Source of the DNA: the human T2T-CHM13v2.0 reference genome, Homo sapiens
Strand: one strand, 5' to 3'
Length of the DNA stretch: 64,000 bases
Assembly: GCF_009914755.1 (NCBI RefSeq)
Contig: NC_060928.1
A program made the translations under genes and the position numbers. The stretch's first letter is position 1; each line of letters starts with the position of its first letter. Below the pieces are notes generated by a model that worked only from the letters and a program-made list of their open reading frames with translations, was not told where the DNA came from and did not search any database. This document shows, one piece after another, positions 1 through 16,456 of the stretch.

Positions 1-299
1 TCATTTGACTGGGGAAAAAGAACCAAATCTCTGACTCTCAAATCTCTATTTACAAGTTTAGAAAAAAGAGACTGTATTGACTCTAGTTAAGTTTAATTAT
101 TTAGCCAATACATATTAAGATAAGACAGGTTTAATATGGCTCTTTTAATAATAATAATGATCAATTATCCTCAACTTCCTGTTACTATTTTAGTTTGGGG
201 ATAAAACATTTCCATAAACCTCACTTTAGATGTAGTTTTGCAATTTGGAAAGTAGTTTTGAGTTTCCTAAAAAGTATCTGTTTCCCTCCAACCCCAAAT

Positions 300-810
300 A
301 AAATGGAAGTGTATGTCTATGCAAAGGCGTACATGTGAATATTCACAGAAGCATTATTCACAAATAAAAAACACTGGAAACAATTCAAATGCCTATTAAA
401 AGGTGAATTGTAAAACATAATGTGGTATATCTATGTGTTAGAATACTAGTCAACAATAAAAATGAAAGGAGTCACTGATAACATGCAACAATATGAAACC
501 TCAGAAATATTACACTAAGTGAAAGAAGCTACACACAAAAGGCTACACATGGTATGGTTACGTTTATATGAAATTACTATAAAAGGCACCACAATAGAGG
601 CAGAGAACAAATAGATCGATGTTTGCCTGGGACTTGTGATAGGAGTGAGGATTGGCTGAAATGGGCATGAGGTAACTTTTCAAAGTGATAAAAATGCTCT
701 CCAACTAGATTGTGGTTTTGATTGAACAACTGTAAACTTAATAAAACTCTACCAAAATGTACACTTAAAATTGGTGAATTTATGGCAAGTTACACATACA
801 TAAACCTTTG
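300..810 (+). mobile_element. Old L1 (L1MC/L1ME-type) 3' end fragment
   Basis: Degenerate L1 ORF2-end/3'UTR motifs (gcattattcacaaat, tgtggtatatctat, ctaagtgaaagaagc, gtacacttaaaattggtgaatt). Confidence 0.7.
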
Positions 811-979
811 AAAAAAATCTAGGCTTATTCTATTCTTCTTTTGTTAATATTTCATATATTTCTCTGCTTTTTATTCATGATCAGAGTAGAACATTTTTCA
901 TTCTGTGATCTTCTTCTACTGAAAACTTACCCAAATATAGCAGCTCTTTATATCTCCCTCCTTCTGTCTGCCTGGCTTG

Positions 980-1085
980 TTCATTCACTCAGTCATTCAA
1001 TTATTCAACAAAACTATATTGAGCATCTACCAAGTATCAAGCCCTGTGCTAGGTGCTGAAAATGCAAGATGAATAAGTCATCTCC
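980..1085 (-). mobile_element. L2 3' end fragment
   Basis: tcattcactcagtcattcaa...ttgagcatctac...gccctgtgctaggtgctg, the reverse complement of the L2 terminus. Confidence 0.7.
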
Positions 1086-2236
1086 TAATGCTCCTCTCTT
1101 CCTTTCATTATGAACTCTGTCTTCATTTTACAGGCACACTTACCCATCTTTTCTACTTCTACTAACTATCTTATTTAGGTCAGCAGTTTTCTATGTTGGT
1201 TCAGTGCTTTGCAAAAGTACTACCTTGAAGTGTCAATCTTTTATACTATAATGAATGTATCTTTAAAAGACTTAAACAACTCAAAATTAAGTCATCAGTT
1301 AAATGATTTATTTATTTATTTATTTTCTCAAAAGACACACCAGACAACACCAATGGTTTGGGTAAAAGGATTTTTGTTTTACTCAGCAACACCAACTTTA
1401 CTGTCCCCATCAGTAACATCTAAGGCAGTTCTGAATTTGTGTGAAAGTTTCTCTCTACGCTGACGGAAGGACTTCCAAGCCTTCTCTGGAGATGTCCCTA
1501 AAACCAAAACTGGCTTTTGGATTGGGATCCATTTTCTAGACTCAATGTGATATACTTAATAGTTTCTAGAAATTATTTTTGAGTTAATTACATTTTCTGG
1601 ATTCGTTCATGCACTCTTTCTGCAAAAATTTTCATCTTGTAACTCTTGTGCATCAGACCTCAAGCTAAACAAGACGTCTGCAAGATGAGGCCTAAAGTTT
1701 GCCCTAGGCATACAGTGTGAGAAAAAGGCAAGCAAAATGACAAGACAGAAAAGGGCAAAACAATAAAAGCCTATACAGAGAACAAAAATTACATATACAG
1801 TGTTAGATAAATATAGCTTTTTCTGAAGGTAATATTGAGCTGATTTTCAAAAACTAAGGGTGTCATAGGAATACAAAGAGTAAAATGGTAAGGTACCCAA
1901 GCTAAGGTAACAACATATGCAAAAGTCATGGTCAGGGGCATTATATATAACACAGACAGATAGTTGTAATGTGTGGTGCAACTGGGGAAGTGTCTGGACG
2001 AAACTGAACACTTCCTCAAGGGTTGAATAATGAAAGACCATATATACTACTCAAGAAATTATATTTTATATTATAGATAATGGCCACCCATTGAAGGGTC
2101 TTAAGTAGGCAAGTAACATGAAAAAGACCTGTTTGATGCCAGTATAGGGGATATATAATGACTGGATTTGAATTGTTTAGATGATGAAGGAGATCAAGAG
2201 ATCTGGGCTGATTTCTCCATTTCACTGACTTTTTTA

Positions 2237-2488
<252 letters not shown>

Positions 2489-3049
2489 TTAACCTTAGAA
2501 AATAGGTGTCCCACAGATTTTCCTTAGATAATGCCAGAAAACCCTGTTAAATTATTGATATGCCAGGCTTCAGGGGCTAGATATGCAATTAAAGTCTATT
2601 TCTTCTATGTATATACATATTTTTAAGTTTCTGATTTCACTTATGTTTAACAAAGACATTACTATTACTAGACATTACTGTCTTTGGTCTTCTTTCATGA
2701 TTTTTTTTGCTGGAGAAATCATTTAGTGGCCAATCCTGCTAAAAGCACAAACCTAAGGATTCTATCAACGCCACTATTAAAATCTGGTCCTCCCTAATGT
2801 TTAACCCATTTTTAATTATCTTTTTTCATAAAATAGACATTAATACAATTTAAAGTTTTTAACATTTTAAATATATCTTTTTGCATTTTGTTTATGCATA
2901 TACTTTGTGGATTCCTCTTTCTATCAATCCCAGCATTCTGAAGAGTAAGAAAAAATTCTATGAAAAAAAGAATGTGTATTCCAAAAAACGGCACATGAAC
3001 GGGTGCCTTAAGGAAAAGCTGAGTATCCCACAGGAGAAGAGCAACTCAA

Positions 3050-3737
3050 ACCTTGTAGATCTATTGGTTAGAGATGCCCCCAATGATTGCCATGAGTTGT
3101 CCCAGGGAAAGAGCAATGTTAGGTACAGGGTTGTCTCAAACCATCAAGATCTATGCAACCGAGCATACATGTGACCCAAAGGAAGAAGCTGCTGACCCTC
3201 AACACTCTAGATGCTGGGAGGTCCATAATTCAGGAGGTGGTATCAAGCTTGTGTAAAAGAGCCAAAGGAGAAAAAAATGTCACCCAGTGGCCCCTGAATG
3301 ATTGTCTCCTCGGGCCCCTATTTGTTTGGGGACTTTGAACCTAAAGGTAGTTCCTCCTTCTTTATAGCCTCAAGGTGTGGGCAAGTTTGTATCAGTCCCT
3401 TTTAAAGGATTGAGGCTTCCTAAACTCAGAGCTTCTCAGCTATGATACAAACTTTGTAGCTCTACTGGTAAGAGCTACATCCACCTGAGCCTCTCTTTAT
3501 CTACCTGAGCCTCAACATCCACCTGAGCCTCTCTGCATGGCCAGTATTAGTGTTTTGGTGGGATCAGAAGAACCAACAACAGGAAGCTCATGCTGCCTGT
3601 TGTGCCATGAGTAATAAGGTCATTTGTCTCTTACCAAGGAGACTTGTAGCTTTGCAGCACCCAGAAATTATGGTAGGCTAACTTGTTACCTTGCAATTAT
3701 GTAATAGTGACATCTTAGATTCTTCACAGTTCTTGAG
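3050..3737 (+). mobile_element. ERVL-class solo LTR remnant (MER54/MER74-like, tentative)
   Basis: 3' part gagtaataaggtcatttgtctc...ggctaacttgttaccttgcaa...cttcacagttcttga resembles recalled MER74/MER54-type termini; 5' boundary uncertain. Confidence 0.45.
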
Positions 3738-5999
3738 TGTAACCACAAAAGAGTGGTTTTTTTTTAATGTGACAGGAAAAGCAGAAGTTCCTGATGTATC
3801 ACCTTTACTTCCATGTAAAACATTAGACTTTACCTGTTCAGGTTTCGTGCTTGCCTTTATTCTGTTATTCGATAAAATTGGAAATTATGTTGACATGAGA
3901 AATAGTACAGCATCCCAAAAGAATTATCTTGGAGTCACTTATAATAAATCTTTTACCCATTTATTGTTCAAAGCCTTTGTTTTTCTCTTGAAACAGCTCC
4001 TATCTCATCTCATAGTGTTATTCCTTTGTAGTGGGCAGTTTGGTTTCTGATAGAATTGTCATCTGCATATACTGATGTTTTTATTTCACACAGTGCACAG
4101 ACCCTTGACTCTATCCTCAAACCTGGTCAGAAGCATGGATGTCAAGTGCTAGAAGGATTCTCATTCACAGTCATGAATCAAAATAGAAGCCTTATATAAA
4201 TCAATCACACTCAAGTAAAAAAAAAAAGAAAAAGAAAGAAAGAAAAGAAACTGTAAAATTTGGTGTCATCTGTGAAAATTGTCTGCTTGGTTTGAATTCA
4301 TATGGAAATGATTTAAATTCAGGTTCTAGAATGATGTTTTGCTTCTATCAGTTTTAAGGCATCTGAAGGTGTGGGCCCTAGGAAAGATTTACATTAATAG
4401 AAAGACTTCAGTATTCATTGCTATGACCAAACACTTCATTTAAAAACAGTTTTGACATGTTATGTTCAAAATATGTCTAAATGTAAGAAGAAAAAGTTTA
4501 TTCTTCCAAAGAACTCAGATTTAAAACTAGGAGTTGGGTGAATCAAACAAGGCTCACTAAAAACACATAGAAAATGTAATATTGGAATTGTATTTTCTGA
4601 GAAATACAAATTAGTAGGCATTAGCAAGGAAAAAATAAGTGAGAGGAGTGGTAGAAAAAAGGAGATTAATACTAGGAAAATTTCTCCTCATCAGCAATAA
4701 TACTGTGAAGGTAGCCATCTTTTAAATGGAAGTAAGTTATCATGGGCTCTTTGCTAACTAAGGGACAGATAACAGAAAGATGGTACTTTGTGTGTACATT
4801 TCTATTCTGAGATAGAAAAGAAAAAGATAATAATATAAGGTGATTTAGAAACACAGCAGGTATACAGAAGCCTTAAGATGGGTTGCCCTTTCACAAGTAC
4901 TAAGTAGATAGTGAGACCTAGGTAAGAGGTCAGGGTCTTTTTTTTCTAAGAAGAAGCTGAAAAGAATAACAAGGTGATGCCTGAAGCAAAAGCTGCAGGA
5001 GCCAGGCTCTGTGCTTCACAGAAATATTAGCATTTGTGAGCAGAGCAGCAAATAGGTTCAATACAATGCAAAGAAGAACAATACATCAACATTTCAAATT
5101 TGACTGAAACAGAAATTCAAAATAGATTACAAACACACTATATGTAGCTATTAGTATTTTCTTCAGTCTTGCCTCCCAAATCAAAGAAATAATCTCTTAA
5201 ATGTCATTTGCAAAGTTGAAATTATATTCTTGTCTTCTAAATCAAAATTAACATATTAGTGAGAGAGACATCAAAATACACATTTCAAATACATATATAT
5301 GTGTGTATATATATATTAATTTTAAAGAATTCATATTCCAGTATGGAAGTGTAATTTTTTTTTTCATTTATCTCAAGTAACCCTACTAGAAAAAAATAAT
5401 TCATTCAGTCTGAGTTGCACAATCTGTGGCTAATCCTATCTACTTAGGATTGGCTACCTACATTGCAAGAATTATGCCTGAAAGGAAATGATCAGCCTGC
5501 ATTGAAAATTCACTCTATTTTTGTGACGGCATTTACAAAATTACTGTCATTTTTGAAACTTGGTTTTGAAAATTTTAACATTTGTACACAGAGATTTAAA
5601 AAGAGAGGACATATTATGATGAGTTGGTGGGGAGCACCTCTGTTAACAAGGGAAAAAGCCATTCTGATCAATGTTTTTAACGTCAGTTGTCAGTTTGGAA
5701 GTGACCTTCAGCCATGCAATATGCAGTCAGAGACATTCGAGCCATACACAGTGCACATCATCCCAGGGTCCTATGCTAATTAAATCTGTTCAGGGGACTG
5801 CATTCCCTCCAGTCTGTCTTAATCTACAACTGCACTGCAGGGACTAAATCTGACCTAGAAACATTTGAAACACATATGGTTAGTAAATTAATATACCATT
5901 CAATGTACGTGCTCCTTCCTGTCCATAATAGCTTTCAGCATGATAAAATTTTGGCTAAAAAAATCATTTCTAAAACTCCTCAAGCTACTTCCTTTTTCT

Positions 6000-6430
6000 C
6001 AGAAGAGTCTCTATTCCATATGCATTGGGCTATACCATGTTCCATATTCTCTTTCTGGAATCAGGCTATAGCATGACTGCATAATGCATGTGCTGCCAAC
6101 ACAACCTGGAAGGTTGGGGGAGTTAACACCCCATGGGGCACACCTTGAACAGTAAACAGAAGAATCCAGAAGATAAATTCCTCTTCCTTTCTTCCCTTTG
6201 CAGGATGTACAAGGCACCATGAGGCCATATGATTCTCCATAGCAATCCCCAAAGTAAATGTCTGTTTTTTTGAAGCTGTGGCCACCTCAATAACATATTG
6301 CATTACATTTGCTTTCCCTTTAGTCCTTCCTTACTTCCCATTTCCCTTCATTCCTGCTGCTCCGGAACTGCATCCTACAATAAAGCACTAGTGTATAAAT
6401 TTCATCTCATATCCTGTTTCTTATGGCTGA
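6000..6430 (+). mobile_element. LTR16-family (ERVL) solo LTR remnant
   Basis: ggagttaacaccccatggggca motif, pyrimidine-rich tract, then aataaagcact polyA region. Confidence 0.6.
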
Positions 6431-6703
6431 AAAAGGATGCCAATGAGTTTAATTAATTTGATCATTAATTTGATCTAATGCCATCATAAGCAGAAATTAT
6501 CAACTAATAATATCTAATCAAAAGTCGTTAACCAATTTAGGACACGATGGAGCCAGTTTATCCCTATTATTTCACAGGAACACAAAGAAAAAGAAGCATG
6601 AACAAAAGGTTTTACGTGGGGAATTTACAGATGTTACACTGACTTTATCTTTTGAAAGGAACACAAAGACTGACACATCTTGATTTAGAAAAATAGCGAT
6701 TGT

Positions 6704-7023
<320 letters not shown>

Positions 7024-10000
7024 TTATTAATCCCATATGTTCACGTAAAACGGAAAAAAAAGTACTGTGTTACAGTCCCAGAACTATTAGGCCCCAGAAG
7101 AGATTTTCCTGAATGTCTCCTTTATGTTCTTACATATAAGTTCTGGATATATCAAAGTTCTCCAGACCAAACACTTTAATGTTCTCAGACTTCCATATCT
7201 TGGCACAGGCTATTCACTCTACCTGAATGTCCTCCCTTCCCCTGCTCCCCAAAAAACACTTTCTGCCTTGAATACTCATGATTCAGATAAAGGATTTTCT
7301 TTTCTGGAGCTTCCTCAACCACCACTTCTCCCTGTCACAAACTTAAGTGTTCCTACCTCCACTTTCATAAACTCCTATTTATACTTCTATTCTAGGACCT
7401 ACCTCATAGACAGTACCTGTCTACATGTCTTTTCTAACTATATGGGGCCTCTCTGAAATTTCAGATTGTGTTGCTTTTTATTTTTCTATCCCCCTGAAGT
7501 TTTATGTCTCCTGAGACATGATATGAACTCAATAAAAAGGAACAAATGGAAAGAAGCAAAGAAGAAGAAAGAGGAGAAAATGAGAATGTACCTGATAAAG
7601 TTTCCTCCTATTCTTCCTTTCTCTCCAAATTCTGGGCTTGAGGCAGAGAATCCAGAGCTAAATAATGCCACATATTTTTGAAAGTCCTAGAAAATATCCC
7701 AGACTTCAATGCCCTGCATGATAAAATATCCTGTCAATCCTCTAGGGATTTTTTTTTTCCTATTTGAGACATGATTTCAACAGTAGAGTACAAATCAGTT
7801 AAAAAAAAAAAAAAAGATTTGCTTTCCAGAAATTTGGTTAGAGAAAAGTTGTGCTGAAATGTTTTAAATATATAAACTAACAGATATTTTGTATTTGTAT
7901 CCTGAAGTTTGAGAACACTATGGGGCATTATAAATTAGAATGGATCATTCTGTAACTAATAATAAGCCTTACTTGCGCTAAAGATGGGAAAAAAACTTGT
8001 AAATACAGTGTTTCAGCTACAAATTTGATTGTGCACTAACAGACAAACCCCCTCCTGATCTTGAACCTTTGGAGAGATCAGCCTAGATGCATGGAAATCC
8101 TTCCGAAACATAATAGCCAGTGGTGCCATGTTCATGCTCTGAAACATCATAAGAAACTGTCATTTCCAGAATGAGATTCAGTACCGTAACATAGTTTAAA
8201 GACTGAGGAGGCAACTGCTATTTTTGATTGTGCTAACCTGTGCATAATTATGTAATTACCTACTAAAATTTAGTCAGAGTGTTGCATATCTAAATCATTA
8301 ACTTTAACAATTGACAAGCTGCTTTGATTAGTATTTTCATAGTGTAGGATAACATACTTTTGTCAGCTTTCATATGATTAGTTATGACTGGGAATTTGTT
8401 TATGCAAAATGTTTTCATTGCCTGTTTGAAGTAAAAGAGAGGGGGGTGGTGAGGGCAGGGGAGTCCTTTCCCTCCCTTGGTCAACTCCCTAATGGTTTGG
8501 CTCAGGAAATGTCAATGATGAGAAAACACATAAAAGGTACACATTATCAATCCCCAAATGGCAGATGGTTTTAGTGTCAAGGTAGAAGAATATCTAAAGA
8601 ATTCAACTTGGGAGATTAGGCTCTCGTTTGCAAATTAGAATAACAGGACATCAGGGTCGGTGACACCAACTCAGACTGTCACATGCAACCCCCGGCTTGG
8701 CCAGACAGCCCTTTTAACAGCATTGATCAGTACAGCTGCTGTTCTAAGGAAAAGGCATGTCAATATATTTGTTATTTATTTTCTAGCAGAAACACAGCAG
8801 CTGTGGCAATTTTTGAGAAAATTCTCTAACACGTCTGATTTGCTATCAGTCCTAGGTGTTACTGACTGTAGACACACATTCCTAACAGGCTAACATCTCT
8901 GAATGCAGCTAGCTATTGAAATAGAAAATCCCTTAATTTCTTGGCTATGAAGCAGCTGTATGATGCCAAATTTCAACTCTCTATGGAAGACAGAAAGTCC
9001 TCAGGACATGAAGCGTTTCTTGTCTCCTAGGGCAAATTGGCTGGGCTCATTTGTTTGAAGCAAGCAATTACAAAAAGTGGCTTAGATAAATTTTAAAGTA
9101 TAATTAAAACAAAAATACTCCACTGGCTACTCTGCATGTATTCCCTTTCCCTTTTGAGGGAATGTGTTTGGGGTGAAGACAGGAGTAATCAGAACAGGTT
9201 ACTATAGGTAATGCATTCTAATTTGGAATGAAAAAATATGTGTGTGATTTGCCCCTGAGATCAGAAGATGAGACCATCCCTCCAAAAGAATTTTTAGAGC
9301 AAATTGGACCCTCAGCGCTCATTATTCTTTTCTTTCTCTCTGCATTTTTAGGATGTTATATGCTAGTGAAAATGCCTAGAAAAGGATTGTTTCATAATAT
9401 GATAGTCATTGTTGTCTCCCTACCCAAAAGAGAAATAATACTTAAGTGCTGTCTTTTAAAAGGAGCCGAGAATGTTGTATCACATGGGAGATATTTTTCT
9501 TTATCAGATTGGAAATGTCAAACTTCACAATCATAAAGTATTGATCGCTCAAAATCAGACATCTCTGTCTCCATGTCTCACAAGCATGAACATCTGCTCC
9601 ATCTTTCACAATAAGACTCTTCCCCATAATCAGACACACTACTGTCTTTGAGATCGCAAGCTTAATTATACTGTTTTTAAACCTTCGTGATTGAGCACGT
9701 ATGCAGCAACACCGCTCCCTCACTGTGGCTTTAATCTCGTCTTTCTATGTCTCTAAGTATAATTTAAATGTAAAATTCTTTCTTTACAATTTCAAATCAC
9801 CATCGAGTCTTATCATTTTTCTTCTACTCTGTATTAATTCTACCTTTTGACCGCAAGTCAATGAAAGCTTCTAAAAATCATAAAAGTTTCTGTTATTTCC
9901 TAAACAGCAGAGACTTAACAGTTTTACCAATTTAAGAAATAGATGCCTTTCTGAAAATTTGGAGAAAAATTCTACCCTACTTCTCTTCTTTGAGAAGAGA

Positions 10001-10669
10001 ACATTTTATTATCTATTCTGTTTTGCAAAAAGGAATGTTATTTGATGCTCTGCCATATTCTTTTGCATTTTAATTAAAATAATCACTCATTTTTATCAAT
10101 TACATTAGTATCTCCTTCTTTTAATGCCCTACATATACATAAATATGTGCAGCAAATTTGGTGCTGCAATAGGCACTTCCTCTGTCTGAAGATTGGCTAC
10201 CCTATAATGCCAAACACTATGAAAAGAAAAGAGTACAAGTCACTTGAGTATTATAGGTAAAATGCATTAATTCATCCTGGTGCATGGACATATCATAGCT
10301 TGGGTATATCATACTCAATGAAAACATTTTGTGGTCTAAAGAACTAGGCCACTCAACTTTCAACTTTTTTTTAAACTACAATATATTTGAATCCAATTCT
10401 ATAGTTGAAATTTAGGTATGAGATGATGCTTAGGAATGGGGTCAGGAATGGGCTACCATTAGGGTCTGAAATGGAGAGAGATGCAAGAAGAGGCTTAGCA
10501 AAGAAGGAGAGAATGGAGTAAAATCTGAAATGGTATAAAATAAGGAGTGCCTCTGCACACATTACTCAGTAACAATAGGTTATATTTATATTTTAACATG
10601 GCTGTTTGGGGCATCAAACAAAAATAGCAAAAACAGAAGAAAAGAAAACAAAACTCTAAACCAAGATTT

Positions 10670-10805
10670 CTTTGTTCTAGTGTTGAGCAACACTTGTAGC
10701 TTCTACCCACCAGATGCCAGTTGCCCCCTTCAGGAGTTGTAATAACTTAAGGCACTGTCAAATGTCCCCTGAAAAAATAAAACTGCTTCCAGTTAAGAAC
10801 CACTG
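10670..10805 (+). mobile_element. MER20 (hAT-Charlie) fragment
   Basis: ctacccaccagatgccag...aaatgtcccctg...ttaagaaccactg matches the MER20 3' half and TIR. Confidence 0.75.
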
Positions 10806-12659
10806 TTCTGAAAATTATCTTAAAATATCTCACTTTACTCTTGACCTCATAAACATCCTTAATACTACCTGCCATATGATTTTTCAGGGTAAAGGCAAGG
10901 GTCCCTAATAATGGTTCCCTAGAGTGTAGCCACATGATCAGTAAGGGAGGTTGATGACCCAGTCCTATCATCAATGTATAAAGACCCAGTCACAGCTCTG
11001 TTCTCCACAAGAGAATCTAGACCATAAGCAAGCAAAACATAGCTAAGTGTCCCCTCCTTTCACGTTTGGATCACTCTTGCTACAGGCACAGGGTACTCTT
11101 TGTCTACAGGACCACTCCTTTCCACATTCAGTACGCTGTTGACGAAAATCTCAAGAATGGTTAAGGCTGGACCCCGGAAGAGGGAAGCCAGTTTTTTGAA
11201 ACATTCTCACAGAGCCTGCCAGTTTTTCTCACTGAACAAGAGTCTCATCTCTGGATAAAAATAATAGTATTTCCATATTAGCAAATTCAAAGGTCCATAA
11301 TAAGGTTTTCTTTCATTGAAAAATCCCCACCATGATCTCCTTTGCATTCCAATAAATCTTAAAAATATGCCCTTTGTCTAAAGGATCTAGATGGAATTGT
11401 ATATAGTATGTACCTATCTAATAGAATTTTTATTTAGAGTTTTATAGACAGTAGATTTGTTTTCAAATTGGAAAAGTATATTACCACTTAGCTTATAGAA
11501 ATAATTATTACACATTTTACATAATTTAACATTTCGGCCTTTCTCTTTCTGATCTCATAAGCTTTTCTAAATTTCTTAGGAAATGAAAGATTCTAAAAAT
11601 CATAAAAGTTTCTGTTATTTCCTAAACAGCATGCAAAGCTGTTGCATAATCTCAGAAAAAGATAGACAGGACAGACCTTACAAATATATTTAAATCTCTG
11701 AAATGTAGACAAGAATATGTAAATTGAAAGTAAATTTATTTTAGTGAACTGGCAAGAAGGGAAAAAATATAGGGCCATATGTTACCATCAGTTTTGCTAT
11801 GCATATTTGGGGGGGGAGCTTCTTAAGCCAGACATTTTCAGGCCATAAAATGTCTTCCATAGGTAACCACAAGCTGGCAAAAGTAGTAGGCAAGTGTTGG
11901 AAGTTAGAAATGAGGACGATGCTTTTATTGGTGGCTGAGCAGAGTTGGGAACTTGGTGTAAGAGGAATGGAGATGAGGGTGTGATTTTACTTATGTGAAA
12001 ATGGTAAGGAAACTCGGTGCTTGAAGCAGAAGTTCTTTGTTTCACCTGCTTTCCTCTTATTGGTCTCCCTCCATCATGAGGAGCAATTTTGAAAATAACC
12101 TACAATGTACAGAATGTGTACTCCAGTTCGCCTACCTGTTCTAGGCGCCAAAGTCATTTCTTCTTTCATAGCTTGTCTCAATAAAAAATATCACAGCCCA
12201 CAGGATGTTCAGTTTGAATTCTAGTCATGGATGCAAATAATAAATTACATGAATTTTTAATATTAATAATAAGCTGTATGAAAGCAAGACTTTGTTCTGA
12301 CTTTGATCCACAGTGTTGTGAACAATGCCAGGTATTCAATAAGTACTCAACAATTTTTTAAATACCTGAAAAAAATTGATATAATAAACAACAATTATGC
12401 TACAAATGGTGCCAGGAGCTTTACATATTTTAAATTAATAATTATTCTGCTTTGTGTGTATATGCATGTGTTTGTATATGATTATATTTGGACACCACCC
12501 ATTTTCATGAAAGATTAAAGATTTCTCAACGACATAATTTTATATGTGTGTACTCCTTTAGCATTTATAAAGCATCTTCCCATAGCTTGTAATAAAGGAA
12601 TTCACAAGACAGAATTCCAATTATTTCAAAAGACAGAATTATATTTGCTAACCAAGATC

Positions 12660-13060
12660 ATGGACAGATAACCGACTCTCCAACTTCTATTTCTTACTCT
12701 ATGAAGTGATAATAACACAACCCTTATAAGGTTCCTGTGAGGATTAAATGGACTGAAGTATAGAAATTGCTCAACAAAATGTAAAGTACTGAATAAACAT
12801 AAGTAGCATTACTGTAGTTATTCTCAAAGAAAAAAGACCATAAGTAAATAGGTAGATCATTTGCATATTAACAATTACATGACCTCTTGAACTCCAAGAT
12901 GTTGGGAGTCTCAAGGAACAAATGCAGGTAACCAAGAATCCTGAGCTCCAAGTCTAATCTTAGCACTGATATGCTATGATATTTGTCAGAATTCACAAGC
13001 TTTTTTGTACCTCAGTATCATCATCTGTATAAAAGGGTTCTCATAATTTCTCAGAGGTTC
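12660..13060 (+). mobile_element. Two MIR fragments (~12660-12815 and ~12930-13055)
   Basis: MIR core motifs gtgaggattaaatg and cctcagtatcatcatctgtataa. Confidence 0.6.
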
Positions 13061-13189
13061 CTTTTGCTCCAATGTTTTATGATTCTACTACAAAAAAAAA
13101 AAAAATTAATGAGGCACCTGGAGCAGAATGTAAAGATGAATAACTCAACTTGGGGAAAGTTTTAATAAAAAGAAGGGAGTATAATTGGT

Positions 13190-13651
13190 CACTTCTTGTG
13201 CCCAATTTACAGCCTTTTACCCCATCTTATACTCCAATCATGCTGCAGCAGTATCCCTGTGTTGCAATCTTGCTCCACAATGTGGGACTCCTTGAGGAAC
13301 CTATGAGACACACATGTGCAACCCAGAAGTACAAGGAAATTAAAGGCCAATGGGGAAAATTCATCAATGGAGGATAAGATCCAACGGACAAAACTCCCCT
13401 CTTCTTTCCCACAGGTGGACAATTCTGAGGCAATTCTGTAGGGTTCCTCAGAGGGTCCTGGTGGAATCAAGCCCCAGTTTCCTACAGTGGTGACCAACTT
13501 AATAATGCATCCTTTAGTGCCTTTTCTTCTTCCCTATTTCATGCTTCCTAATCCACCACTTTGGTTCTTTGGGGTCCATTCTCAAAATAAACTATCTGAA
13601 CATAAGCCCTTGCCTTGAGCTATATTTCATTGGTTAATCTCATGCTAAGAA
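13190..13651 (+). mobile_element. LTR16C-like 5' LTR
   Basis: ggacaattctgaggca...ctcagagggtcc...agccccagtt...aaataaactatctg...ctaaga end matches recalled LTR16C. Confidence 0.75.
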
Positions 13652-15330
<1,679 letters not shown>

Positions 15331-15649
15331 GTGTTGCCTAACCCAAATGGCAGAAAATTTACAAACGTGGACTTGATTCACCAATTGAATGTCTTAATAT
15401 GTTGGTACTCGTCAAATACAGACCACTGAGACAGTGGCAAAGTGAAAGCCTCCAAAGTTCTTCTCTGCTCTAATGTTCTATGGTTCTGTATCGGAACAGG
15501 TATACTGGAGCACGTGTGGCAGCATCCAAAATAGAGGGGATATTTACAAATAGTTAGAAAGGAAGATGTATTGGACTTCTCTTGGACCTCCTCCCTTGGC
15601 CTATGTTTTATTCTAATTGTCACTGCAGTTAACAGCAACACAAGGAGGA

Positions 15650-16055
15650 ACCCTGATAGAACCTTGTCTCAGGTACTCCAAATATTACTTGCTTTATGCT
15701 CTGGGGCTTTTCAACTCCACAATGTGAAACACTTTTAGGAACCACCAGGCTCTCACACAAGAGCAACCTGAAAGTCAAAAGAGATAATGTCCTATTAGTA
15801 ATCCTTTTGTTAAGTTCTTAAGAACTTTGAAAAAAGAAAAGGCAACCTTATATTAGCCAATTATCAATTGAAGCCATGCTGTGCAGGTCAGAAGGCCTCC
15901 AAGGTAGTGTTTAAAGAAAGGGACCTTCTAGGTGTTAATGCAAGCACAGCTTGGAAGTGCAAGAAAGTTAATGCCCCATGAAATCACTTTCGAAAACGAA
16001 CTACCTGCATGTAATCCCTTGTCTCAAGTTCTTTTACTGAAGGGAAAGCTAGAAT
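15650..16055 (+). mobile_element. Fragmented LTR16-like pieces (probable 3' LTR)
   Basis: gcaacctgaaagt at ~15763 and gaagtgcaagaaagttaatgccccatg at ~15955 joined to aactacctgca...cttgtctcaag. Confidence 0.5.
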
Positions 16056-16354
16056 AGGCCAGAGAGGTAAAAATAGGAAGCATAGTTCCTTAATTGGAGA
16101 CGTGGCTCTGGTATTCAGCAATTCATGAATGTATAGATTCAACATCAGAAAAGGCATTAAACCCAAAAGATCATCCCCACTTGCTGATATCTTGCACCTT
16201 AACCAAGAGATTTTGCATAGGAGAAGAAATGTGCCCACAGATTTAAAGGACAGACTGTGCTTAAAAATGAAGTTTCCATGTAGGGCTGTACTTTGCTGTT
16301 TTCTCCATTGTGATTCACTCATTAGTAATGTCATTTAACAAGATATAATTGTTG

Positions 16355-16406
16355 ATAATAGCTACCATTTATAGAGTGTGCCTTCCATGCCGGGAACCAT
16401 GCCAAG

Positions 16407-16456
<50 letters not shown>

